A stretch of 64,000 bases of DNA. It comes from the human T2T-CHM13v2.0 reference genome, Homo sapiens. Each line of letters opens with the position of its first letter. Position 1 is the stretch's first letter. The stretch lies in assembly GCF_009914755.1 (NCBI RefSeq), contig NC_060927.1. One strand, 5' to 3'. Shown here in pieces: positions 15,586-28,720 of the stretch. The position numbers were made by a program, and so were the translations under genes. The notes under the pieces are model-generated. The model was given only the letters and a program-made list of their open reading frames with translations, did not search any database and was not told the origin of the DNA.

Positions 15586-16768
15586 AATATTATGATTTCT
15601 GATGTGACATAGTACTGAAGATATTCAAAACCAGCCCATTGAAAATGTCTAATATTCTCAGAATAGCTGGTGGACAAAGAAATGTGCCAAGAATCCTAAT
15701 GCAAATGTAAGATATTAGACCCTTCCTTGAAGGTAAAAGAGTTTTCCTACAAAATATGAAAATAGAAATTGCATTTTCTAATCAAGATAAGCAAATCCAT
15801 TGTTCACAAGCTATCTATCCACTTCACTGTCTGTTTATAACTACTCTTTCATTTTTCTTCTTTGAGAACTATCCAAAGAAATATTTCATATGCATTTGTA
15901 TCTTAGCCTATATTTTAAACTAGTTTAGAGTCTTTTTTAAAAAATGGTTCATTGGACATTTTATATGAGCTACTTTGTTTTTCAAACAACTATTTCTTTT
16001 CTGACACGGCAGGGTTTTGTTGCTTAATGATGTTTATACACTTCACTGTTCTGTAGTTAGAAGCTGCCGTCAGTCAGAATTGACAAAGTGTGTGCAATTT
16101 AATAACGTCTTAAATACTGGCGATGCTAGTCTAATGGGGTTGTTGCTATTATTCTGAGCATCGGGCAAGTGTGGTAGAAAGTTGTTCACAAGAGCCACAA
16201 GATTAAATGATTTTCCTTCAGGTGTGTGGAGGTCAGCCTCAAGAAGAATGCAAATTAGTAGAAAGCTTAACTTACAGGCTCTGTAAATACAAAGCTACAG
16301 AAATGGACTTACAAATTGGCTCCTTCACGCAGCAGTTTGATCAGCTGGCAACAGTGTGCAAAAGAGTAGGAAGAAAAAGGAAAGACTGTCTTTGGAAAAA
16401 AAAATAGTGTGGCATTTCACCAGGGTAAGAATATCTGATAGCCATCTCATTTCATATCAAATGCAAAAAAAGAGACAGAGAGAATTAGATGTTGAGAAGC
16501 ATATTCTTTTTGGTATTTGTGTAGCCATTAAACAGTAAATAACGGCATCTCTAGGTTCAAAAACATAATTAGATAAAGTATACTTAAAACAGTATTAGGA
16601 AGTGGAATATGCTATGATAACATGATGGATAAAATACTGAGCTCTTCAGTAGCTTCAGTAGGTCATAGCTCTTCAGTAAAGATGAAGCTTTCTTTCCTTC
16701 CTCTCTCAAATCTTATCATTTGAAATAACCAAAAGAGCTGGGGGTTCAAGATTGTTCCCTTAAGCTGA

Positions 16769-17149
<381 letters not shown>

Positions 17150-19674
17150 ATGCCACATGAATTCTTAACTACACATTTCTCTTTTAAAATGGGATTCTAC
17201 CAATTACTGTATTTTGATGCCTGTTTAATAGATATTGGTGGAGGAATACACCTCGGTGTACTGAACACTTCTCAAAAGCTTGAGTGCCTTAACCTCTCTT
17301 CATTTTGACATTTGGGACTTGAGTGTGGTTTCAAAGCCCTTTGACACTAAGAGTAGAAAACCCTCCACCTCTCTTCTACTGCAGACTTCCAGTCACTCTA
17401 ATCTTTCCTACATTAGAGAAAAATGAGAACATATTATGGGAAAAGATCCGTTTGCCTATCTGAGTTTTCTGCTTTTCATTCTCAGGAGTCTGAAAGATAA
17501 ATAAATAAAAGATAAGTGGGAGCAAACCTGCTGACCTGTATGAATAAGCCTATGTTGCTCGGTGCCCAAGGAAGAGTCTCTTAAAACTATTTTATTGATT
17601 CATTTTGGTAGCACAGGTTTATTTGAATCAGTCACATTATAAACTAATGACTAAAAACCATGTTTCCTATTTTCTAGCACTTAATTTTTTAAAACACAGT
17701 TTAAAAGATAAGAGTCTGGAGTGGCTTTTTTCTAGAACATAGATATAAAGCAATTTCCTCATCATTATGTATGTTTTCTGGAAATCAAAATACTAGTTAC
17801 TTCAATGTCAGCTTCAACTTCAGGTGCCATTTGAAGTAATTTTCCTACTAGACAAGTGTCTTAGCATTTTTGCCCCAAATCAGATACAAATCCTTATAAC
17901 TCAGTCATTCTTGATGAATCCAGTGCCCTAAACAGTTACTACATTCAGGTAAATTAGAATTAATAAAGTAATATGTGAACTGCCTCCGGCAAGTAGAGTT
18001 TTCAGCAGGTGCATGTACCATGCTTGTTACAAAAAAAAAAAAATCATTTTAGTGATAGGTCTTTCACTGAAAGGGAAAAAAAATCTAAGTAGAATTCTAA
18101 AATATTCATAAGTATTAAAATCCATTCTGTCGAAATGAGAAAAGAATTATAGGCTAGACAGATCTAGTACAAAACTACTTTTAAAGGTCAGTTATCTCCT
18201 GTTTTGCCCTGATCAGTGACATGTACTTAATCAAAGTAGAAGGACCATGGGATGAGACACTTATAATTAATAGACTAAACATGTTCATCATTTTGTGACA
18301 ACTAAATATTTTACAACTTAACCCAGAAATCATGAGCACAAAGTATTCCAAGCAATTATATTTTTGTCTAAAATAAAGTCTTACAGAAAAACCATAGAGA
18401 GAAGAGTGCTTCAAATCTTTCCTCTCCTGAATTAACAATTTTTTCTATTACTTTATGGGGAGATACTTACAAATAGCTGCAGAGCCTCTGTCTGATTGAT
18501 CTCTGGCATAGGAGCAAGCTGGTTGCCAAAATACAAAGTTAAGAATTAACTTTCTAAAAGGAAAACAATAAAAATTCAGCAAAAAATCCACCTAAGACTT
18601 ATTAAAGTGGTTTTTCCCTGTCTTATTTTATTTTTCCCCCTGACTTTCAATAAGCCTTGGGTTTGTAAAGACTGGCAAAAATGAACATGTCAGTTTTCAT
18701 TGCAAATCACTGCCCAGCTAAAATGGGATTTTGAAAAGATGTGCCACATGCTTCATTAATAATAACATCAAATTCTTTTTTCTTGGTTTGTTTTATAGAC
18801 ATATCCTTCTCTGTTCCACAAATCATTTCTTTATGTGACTGTGGATGTTAAAAAACAAGAGAAAAACAGGAAGACTGCATGTTTTCCTCTGTCACTGTGA
18901 ATTACATAAATATAAGATATATAACATATATATAAGTCTTTCTGCCTTAAATACCAAGAAACCTCTTGAAATAAAAAAGAAAAAAAGGAAAGGAAGAAGG
19001 GAGGGAAGAAGGAAAAATGGAAGGAAGGAGGTGGGGAAGGAGGGGAACCTAAATCTACAAAAATACTAGAAGCAAAGATATCAAATAACTGACTTAATTC
19101 TCAAAAACATTAATGTTGTTAATTCAATCTGTTAGTTTATTTACAAACCACTTTTATTACTCATAATGCATGATTCAGAAGCCAGAATAATATTAAAGCT
19201 CACTGCTTTATGATTTTGCATAAACTGCTATCATGGAAAGTCGGTGCACTGCAGCACTTTCAAGGCACAGATGGGATTAACTTTAGTATAATTTTAATAA
19301 CAATTAGCTTATCTTATGATATGTGGCTTGTCTGTAGTAATTGTGAATTGCTTTTTTTCCCCTCATCAGCATCTGTCTGCTGTTTGTATGACCCGCTTAA
19401 TATATGGCATTTGTATTTCACAAGTACAACCGTCAGACTGTCAATTTTGCCTCTAGGTAGACATACAAAGTTTGAAGTGATTGTTCTCTGTAATTTCCAT
19501 ACCAACCTATGATTGATGGAATGCCAAAGTTATAAAATGCTGTCAGTAAAACAAAAACTTGGTCTAGGTGTTTTGTGATTTTTATGATCTTGGTTTTCAA
19601 GGGCAAAGCAATACCTTTGCAGTCAGCCTTCATCACAGCTCCAGCAAAAACTGTTGAAGTTTCTATGGGAAGAT

Positions 19675-19835
19675 AGCAGCACCTTTCTTCTCAGTGCACG
19701 AGCCACGGAGCAGCAGCCTTCCATCCCCCGCTAGAAATACAGAATCTCTGGCTGAGCCCAGAGCTGCTATATCAAAATCAGCTTTGTGGCAGTTGCCAGG
19801 GGATCTAAGTGTGCTTAAAGCTTGAGAGACTTGCT
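19675..19835 (+). mobile_element. MER5-family hAT remnant
   Basis: ctagaaatacagaatctc...tatatcaaaatcagc...ccaggggatct...ttaaagcttgagag. Confidence 0.55.
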
Positions 19836-20214
19836 GTAGTGCTTGCCCCCAAGTGTGCAGTATATTCCAGCAGCTAAAACCCCTTCAGGTGGACTGTAAG
19901 AACAACCCCTACCAACCTGAATCCTAGGTTGTTTTACTATGCTACTTGTATTGATGGATTATTCTTTCAGACATATTCCGATAGCAAAAAATAACATTTA
20001 TATTTTTGCAATTCTTAGAACTACTCTACCCGTTAATCCCCCAGTCTGATTTTCATTGGTTTGTCTTTTGCTTTTGAGGTCCTAAGCCAATTGACTTTGT
20101 GTTTCCAATATTGATGCATGATTCATTTGGTCATCTTTCAGGGCTGGTTGCTATGTGACTAAAACAGTTTGTTTAATTAATTAATGTATTTTAGACTTTG
20201 AAATTCATTTGAAA

Positions 20215-21848
20215 TTTTCTTTATTGAAGTATAGATGACAAGTAAAAATCATTCATATTTAAGGTGTAATATATACTTAAGGTGTACAATGTGATATTTT
20301 CATATATGTTTACATCCTGATATGATTATCCCAATCAAACTAATGAACATATCCAACACATGAAATAGTTACCATTTTGTGTGTATATGGTGAGCACATT
20401 TAAGATCTACTCTCTTAGTACATTTCAAGTATATAATAATTATTAACTGTAGTTACCATGCTGTACAATAGATTTCCAAAACTTACTCATAACTGAAGTT
20501 TTGTCACCTTTGACTCAAATCCCATTCCCCTGGCAACCACCATTTTATCCTCTATGTGTTAGATTTCTTTAGATTCTACATATAAGTGAGATCATGTGAT
20601 AGAAGAAAAACAATCCTACAATCTGTATGAAACCACAAAAGACCCCAAATAGCCAAAGCAATCTTGAGAAAGAAAACAAAGCTGAAGGCATCACACTACC
20701 TGATTTCGAAGTATATGATTAAGCTACAGTAATCCAATCAGTCTGGCAATGGCATAAAAACAGACACATAGACCAGTGGAACACAATAGAAAACCCAGAC
20801 ATAAACCCATGTATATACAGTCAAGACAAAGGAGCCAAGAATACAAAGTGGAGAAAGTATAGTCTCTTCAGTAAATCGTGTTGGTAAAACTGGACATCTG
20901 CAAGCAAAAACAAAACTGTATCCTTATCTTATACCATAAACAAAAATAAACTCAAAATGGATTAAAAATTTAAAACATAAGACATAAAACCATAAAAATC
21001 CTGGAAAAAAACCCAGGGAAAAATTTCCTTGACAATGGTCTTGGCAATGCTTTTATGAATATGACTCTGAAAGCACAAGCAACAAAAGTAAAAATAAACT
21101 AATGGAACTATAGCAAATTAAAAATTTTCCACACAGCAAAGGAAACAATCAACAAAATGAAAAGGAAATCTACAGAATGGGAGAAAATATTTGCAAACCA
21201 TACATCTGATAGCAGCTAATATTCAAAATATCTAAGAAACTCATACAACCCAGTATTAAATTAAAAAATAATTAACCCAGTAAAAATTAGGCAAAGAATC
21301 TGAATGGATCTTTTTCCAAAGAAGACATACAAGTGGCCAAGAAGTATATGAAAAAGTGCTCACGATCACTAATCATCAGTGAAATGCAAATTAAAAACCA
21401 CACTGAGACATTACCTCACACTTATTAGGATGGCATCAAATGATTTAACAAGTGTTGGGGAGGACATAGATGAAAGAGAGCTCTTCTATACTGTTGGTTG
21501 GATTGTAAATTAGAACAACCATTATGGAAAACAGTATGGAGGCTCCTCAAGAGACTAAAAATAGAATTTCCACATAATACAGCAATTGTACTTCTGGGTA
21601 TATAGCCAAATGAATTGAAATCAGTATCTGGAGTGAAATATCTGCACTCTCATATTCATTGCAGTATTATTCACAATTGCCAAGATATGGAAACAACCTA
21701 AGTGACCACAGATGAATGAATAAAGAAAATGTGTCATATATAATACATGCAATGGGTTATTTTGTAAAAGCCCTAACAAAGAAAAAAACTCCTGCCATTT
21801 GCAAGAATGTTGATGAACCTGGATGACATTAAGATGGGCCAGATCCAG
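20215..21848 (-). mobile_element. Old L1MA (L1MA8-10-like) with inverted upstream segment
   Basis: 20215-20598 is the 3' end on minus (tttattgaagtatag...gtgagatcatgtg); 20599-21848 is the immediately upstream ORF2 end/3' UTR on plus. Confidence 0.85.
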
Positions 21849-22013
21849 CCTAATTTTGATTTTAAAATTCTTTGACATAATTTATAAATTAAAAAGAAAA
21901 AAAAAAATTTCACACACAGTAAATCTCATGGGCCAGCATATGTGGATCAAAGTAATTTGGTGTGCCTCAAAGTTATTTAAGCTTAGTATTATTTAATTAT
22001 GCATGCATTTACA

Positions 22014-22372
22014 CAAGGAGTCTGCAAACATTTTCTATAAAAGGCCAGATAGTAAATATTCTCTGTTTTATGGCCCAAGAGGCAAAATCATTTGATTTGT
22101 ATTTAAACTTAATGTTTTCTTGCCAGGTATGATGTCACACCTATAGTCCCAGCTACTTGGAAGGCTGAGGCAGGAGGATCGCCTGAGCCCAGGAGTTCAA
22201 GTCCAGCCGGGGCAACATGGTGAGAAGCCATCTCTAAATTTTTTTCAAATAAAAATAACAACAAATTTAATGTCTTCTATCCTCAGACTATAAAAATCAT
22301 TCTTGACTCTTGGCAGTACAAAACAGGCAGTGGACAGGATTTGGCCCATAGGCTGTAGTTCGCTGATCCCTG
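22014..22372 (+). mobile_element. MER58B hAT-Charlie, interrupted by FLAM
   Basis: gcaaacattttctataaaaggccagatagtaaatatt...ggatttggcccataggctgtagttcgctgatccctg. Confidence 0.8.
22121..22262 (+). mobile_element. FLAM_A free left Alu monomer
   Basis: cctatagtcccagctact...ggaggatcgcctgagcccaggagttc; TSD aaacttaatgttttct (22105-22120) / aaatttaatgtcttct (22263-22278). Confidence 0.85.
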
Positions 22373-24954
22373 ATTTAAGTCAGCAATCTAAACTGTACAT
22401 AAAGAATGAGGATCTGAGAGCTAAGAGATGCCATTGTAGAGGAGGCTCCAGGAGCTACCACCATAGTTAATCTAAGGAGACAGCAGTCTAGTTGTCACTG
22501 CAGCCCCCAAACCATCCAACGTTTTGGTCTGGTGTGGCCAAGAGGCAACATGACATATGATTCTGAAGACAAAGGTTAAGGATAACATGTGTTTAGTTAT
22601 CATATTTCATTGTATTAGAAATAAGTGGATCATCTCCTTGAAACTCAAAGTTTTCACCAAATCAAAGAAAATAATCTCTCTAAAATAAAGAACAAACTTA
22701 GTAGACTCTTTGCACCACGAAGTGACAAAGATGGTTATTTTACAAACCACTTCAAATACTGTATAGAAAAAAATCATTAAAGATCAATTATTAAAATTTT
22801 GTGTAATATCATAGCTGAGAAATTTATTTTGTATTTTTTTTCCAAGAAATACTCTGCAACTTAATTAATGGCAGGCTTTACACAGGCTATGCTCAAGGTC
22901 AGAGGAAATGTTTTACAGTTGTCCTTTGACTTTAGAAGTTAGTTTTAGGGGCTACTGAAAACTCTCTTTTCCTTCCACATCCTTGGCAAACATTGCTAAC
23001 AATGTGTAACACAGCATAGTCCCACTAAGCCTGAACAGACTTCAAATCAACTGATTGGCATTCAAGAGGAAACCTATGGCCTTCCTTGGGCTATACACAC
23101 ATTTTGCCAAAGCCAAGGGCTTAGTCTAAAAAGCAAAGACAATGTCACTGGGCATGTGGGAATGTGGATTTGACTGTGGTATCAATGCTCCTGTCCTCTG
23201 TGTCAGTGACTTAAGATACTAAAGGACCCTAACATAACACTGTGTATCTCAATAATCCAGTGAAGAGTGACCCAGCTTTCTCAGGAAGTCCTGCCTTGCC
23301 CTGTGAGGATCAAGTGATATCCAGCTATCAGGATATACTACTTCTAGGATGCACTGCCTACTGCCCACCACGCAGCAATAAATAGGGTCTATTGTAAAAG
23401 TATAGCACTATATACAGAAGCCTATCTTTTGCAAGACTCTTTAGGTACTGTTAAGGTGTTTACTGTCCAAAATCATCCTGGGGGAAGCCCACTAGCATAT
23501 TTCTTCTAATTTATTTAAAAAATTACTGATCCCAAGATATGTAGATTTGATGTAAGAGAGCTTGGCTCTCTTTTTCTACATGGCTGAACCCATAAGCCTT
23601 ACCCTCAGTAGTGAAAGGAAACAGGAAGAAAGTGAAGGAAGAAGTTTGAGTTTTGTTAAAATATAATATCCCAGGGCTTTCCAAGGGGAGGTGACAACAA
23701 AGATGTTTGTGCTAGCTGTCATTTCAGTGAGCAGAACATTAATTCTTCTACTAGTCAAGGTATCATTTATTCTATGTGGGTCAATTTATATGCACATGAC
23801 CAAAATTTGTATAGGAAACACATAAAAGCCAATTTTGCCTTTGCTTCAGAACTTATTTCTCCCCTAGAACAATTTGTATGCCCTAGTCAGTATTCATGGA
23901 TACTTGCTTCCTGTATGTTCACCCAGTTCTGGTTCTGTGCTTCAGTTGCTGCTTCTTGTCTAGCCTCCTGGGTATTGTAATCTGGTTTTAGACTGTATAT
24001 TCTGGCTTCAACTATTATCCTTCAGGAAATTTTTCCTAATGTTCTCTCTATACCTCAAAGTACCAATGTCCCAAATCCTAAGCTAAAAAATAACCACCCG
24101 AACCTCATTTCTTTAACTAAATAGATGATAAAAGACGAAAAATGGAAACCCACTAGAGACTTTTGACAGAGTCCATGAACTTCAACACAATCTCCAAGGG
24201 ACCCAGAAGGTTTCTAACACTGTCATTTCTAACAAAAATGAAGAGCATTTTAGGTTTTCTTTGCTACTGTTATGTCTACATAGTTTTTATGCCCAAATGG
24301 GTGGTTTATTCCACAATTCCATTGCCATGTTTGGTTTCTTTTGGTGCCAAAACCTAAGCAGGAGTTATGGCCAGTTTCTGGTTTCTTTTCTGATCTGCAC
24401 AAACACCCAGGTAGAAAGTCACAATACCTTGTCTAAACTCATTCAGTGAAAGAAGTTCATTGAAGGCAGCCAGTCACCAACAGAGAAAGCCCGGGATTCT
24501 GCTGCTAGCAGGAAGTAGACAGAGGAAGTGACATGTCAATTGATCACTGATGACCATGGCTCAAAGGATAGGTTGGGAAAGCAAGAGGGAAGCAAAATTC
24601 TTAAAATTACCATTTTGCTTTCCCTAAAACAAAGGAAATATTACTCAAAATATACATTACATAAAACAGAAGCTGAACAGCTTTTTTAAAAATTATATCT
24701 CTTCCATTATATTTTCCATTATATGATAGTAAGGATATCATCACCAGCTATCTGAACCACTAGTAACACATAACATATACATTTATAATATTTTCTGGGT
24801 TACTCCCAGGTTTTTAAGATTATTCACCTTGGGCAGGGTCCTCACACATTTTCTACTTTTGTCACCATTTGTGAACCTAAAATTCCCAGGATCATCTGGA
24901 AATTCTAATATAACTACTAGGAAGCATTCTCCCAGTTAAGGTTGTTAATGTATT

Positions 24955-25200
24955 AAATTTGACAAATATTTATGAAGCATTTACTATGTCCCAGACATTA
25001 TTCTAGACATTTGGTATTCACAAATGAATAAAACAAATAAAGAACCTTGCCAGCATAGAGCATACATTCTAGTCAGGGGGAGGGAGAGTAAATAGTAATA
25101 GAAATAAACTATAATTATAAAATAATAAATAATGCATGTTAGAAAAAGAAAGACCAGATTCAGGGGGAAGGGGAGTGCAAATAATGGGAAATGAGGCTGG
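24955..25200 (-). mobile_element. L2 3' fragment
   Basis: acaaatatttatgaagcatttactatgtcccagacattattctag...acattctagt. Confidence 0.65.
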
Positions 25201-25324
25201 AAGATGATCTGTTATAGATAGTAGGAACTCATCGTTCTTTCCTTTTAACGCATAGCACCTTGCACTTCTTATTTGTAGCCACGTTTGTATTTTTTTCTAT
25301 CAAAATTTTTATTGAAATAATTTA

Positions 25325-25545
25325 GGATAGTAGCTAAGCATCTGAATTTGGAGTCTGACCTAAGATCTAATCCTTGGCCCACTATTCATTAGCTATGAAC
25401 TTTGGGCAAGTTATTTAACATCTCTAAACCTTATTTTCTATCAATTTTTCATAGTTTTATGAGGAGTAAAAGAAATTTTTTAAAAAATGGCACCTAAAAC
25501 AATGCCTAGGTATACTAAGAACTAAATAAATCGTAGATAGTATTG
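25325..25545 (+). mobile_element. MIR SINE
   Basis: attagctatgaactttgggcaagttatttaacatctctaaacctt core. Confidence 0.7.
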
Positions 25546-26789
25546 CCTTCTGCATACAAGAAAATTATTTTATTATAAGCATTTATCTGTTTTGTTGATG
25601 TTGTTGTTCCCTAGCGGATCTGCAGAGTTCCTAAGAATAGGGCTATATCTACGCAGCAATATCTAGCAGTAGAAATCCTGAATTAATAAAAGATGGAAGA
25701 CTTTTGCATTCTAGCCCCATATATGGGCTTCAGATTTCTTAATTGGTAAAATGAGAACTTTCTAATAAATATTTAACAAACTGATAAAGTGAATTAAGGT
25801 ATTAAAACTCTGTAGTGCAAGGTATATGATCAATAAGTGTCTCCTGAATTGAGTCAGTAAAGATTGTAACTATACTGGATTTGACTAGAGGGTATTTTCT
25901 TGATAAATAGCTGGTTTGTTCTCTGTAGAGAAAAGAGGATTAGACATTAATAGTCTCCTCGTCCTCTCTGGGATGACAGTGATTCTTTAAAGTAGGCTCT
26001 AAGATAAGACTTTATAAAAGGGTTTCCTTTGCTGCAGCATGTGGATAAGAAAGTTGCCCTGTAACTTTCAACAAAAGGAAAAAGAATATGAGGATGAATG
26101 GCCCTAGCCAAAACTCCTTTTCCCTAAACCAAGTTTAGGTGCCAGAATACCATGGGGATTACCTTCCTAGTGTTTCAGAATAAAGGATTTATATACCTAC
26201 CAGATTTTGCTTTTTAGAATATTTTTAAATAAAGTAGAATTTTGTAGATAATGAAATATTACTTCTCGTGTAATTGTTGTCTCTTTCACTTCTCCTAGTC
26301 AACTGGTCCAGTATTTTTTTCTCTCTTCAGCCCAGACGCTGCCTTGAGAATTGGTGAGTCTATAAACATCTCCAGAGGGACGTCCAAGGTCCTTACATTT
26401 GCAATTGCTATCACTGGCTCACTGCTGCTGGTGAGCTTATCAGAAAATAAAGATACGTTATGGAAGTTAATAACAGTCTGTCACTTTCACAGTAGAGTCA
26501 CAGCTGTGTAATGTACTCAATAATGGACTAAAATTTAGAGGATAAGTAGCTTCATCATCATGTAATTGAAAGGAACCAACATGGACAGGATGAGAAAAAA
26601 ATCTTGTCTAAGCAAAGCATGTGACAAGAAAAAAGTATTGGAAAACAATCACTACAGGATATCATCATTTTAAAATTAGACTTCTTTCCCAGGAGTGAAA
26701 CTGCATTTTTGATTATATTTTTAGAATATCAGAGTTCTCAATAAAGGTACATCAGTATGTGTGACAAATATTTTAAGCTGATGACCCAC

Positions 26790-27070
26790 CTGGACATCTT
26801 TGTTTAATTCTTTGTTTTTATCATGCCTTTTAAGAAGGCTCTTCCAGAGTCATGGGGGATTATACTTCTTTGACCCCTTTGAAGTTAGGCATGGCTAGGG
26901 ACATGTCTGGTTAATGAAATATATGTGAAAGTAACGTACATCACTTCTGAGAAGTTTAAAACCAGCACAAGATTGTCATGTTCCCTTCATCTGAGCAAGA
27001 CAATCTGGAAGGCATAGCTGAGATGGAAACTTGGTCATCCTCAATCTCTGCACATTGGCAATGAGACACC
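26790..27070 (+). mobile_element. MLT1I-like LTR fragment
   Basis: tttgaagttaggcatggct...ttaatgaaat...aagtaacgtacatcacttctg; boundaries approximate. Confidence 0.6.
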
Positions 27071-27965
27071 GAGGCTTAATCATTAATTTTAAAAGACACA
27101 TTTTAAAACACAATGAGTTGTGATAGTTTCAGAATCAAACATTTTAAAGTAGAAAGTTTCCTTAAAAGATTGGAATAGCACAGATCAAAACACATCTCCA
27201 TAGCTCTCATCTCGGAATAGTTTTGAAGCAGAACATGCAATTAGATGAAAAATCCACTTCCATATATGGCAGGGCATAAAGATCATCCCTCCACCCCGCT
27301 CTCTGACAGTGTTTCATTCAGTTATAAACAGATGGTCTCAACTATACCAATTCTATTCAATTCTTTAGAAAATCTTTGGCCAAGGACAAAGCCTAACAAG
27401 AGCCTCTTAAGTGAACAGATAATCAATTGTCCCCATTGTGGCTGCACTTGGGGAAGAGACAAAAACAGTAGGCTTGTATTTGGTTCCAGGATCCTTGAGG
27501 TAAAGCCATGGCTGGTGGTGAAATGCATAAAATAAAGAGTGGCAACTCCTTGAATCTTTCTGTATGTTGATTTTACGTCAATTAAATAATTCTTAAAAGG
27601 CAAAGAGACAAAGAAAAGCCCTTGGATAAGGAGAAAATATTTTAGGAAAGATACTTAAATAACAATATCAGACTTTGGTGGGCAAAGTTATTTACTAAAA
27701 CTTTTATAGCTATGAGGGATCTTAGAAATCACCTAGCCCAAACCTCCATATATTTGATTTGACGATTCAGACTTAGGATGTCCAGAAAAGGATAAGTCCT
27801 CAAATGTCATAGGTATACATAATTTCTTCCAGTAATTAAATAATAAGTATGTATTCAGCCCAGAAGAAGTCTTTTAATAAAGTTTGTCATTTCCTGACAT
27901 GCTTTGGTCTGTGCCCTGCAAATATAGAAGAACAAATTGTAAACTTCTCTGGCCATCTTTAGTCA

Positions 27966-28475
<510 letters not shown>

Positions 28476-28499
28476 TCATTAATAATAGCTTACATTTGT

Positions 28500-28720
28500 G
28501 TAGGGATTTTAACTTTTCCAAAGCACTTTTGTAACATCCACCTAATTGTATTCTTACACCATCTCTGTAAAGTAGCCATAGAGGGAATAACAATTCCCAT
28601 TTGCCATTGAGGAAACTGCTGCCATAAGAGGTTATTAAAGAACTTGTTCAAGGCCAAGCAAATCAGTAGGGGAACTAACACTGAAAAACCACATTTGTAA
28701 CTCCAAACCCAGTCAGACAA
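28500..28720 (-). mobile_element. MIR SINE
   Basis: cccatttgccattgaggaaactg...gaggttattaaagaacttgttcaaggcca. Confidence 0.6.

Noticed and set aside
26335-26430. Peptide ESINISRGTSKVLTFAIAIT faintly recalls the PDE4D7/PDE4B1 N-terminal RPTxLPL...IAIT region
   Set aside because: Resemblance is from memory only, the core RPTxLPL motif is absent and gaps are needed; tBLASTx significance would be required
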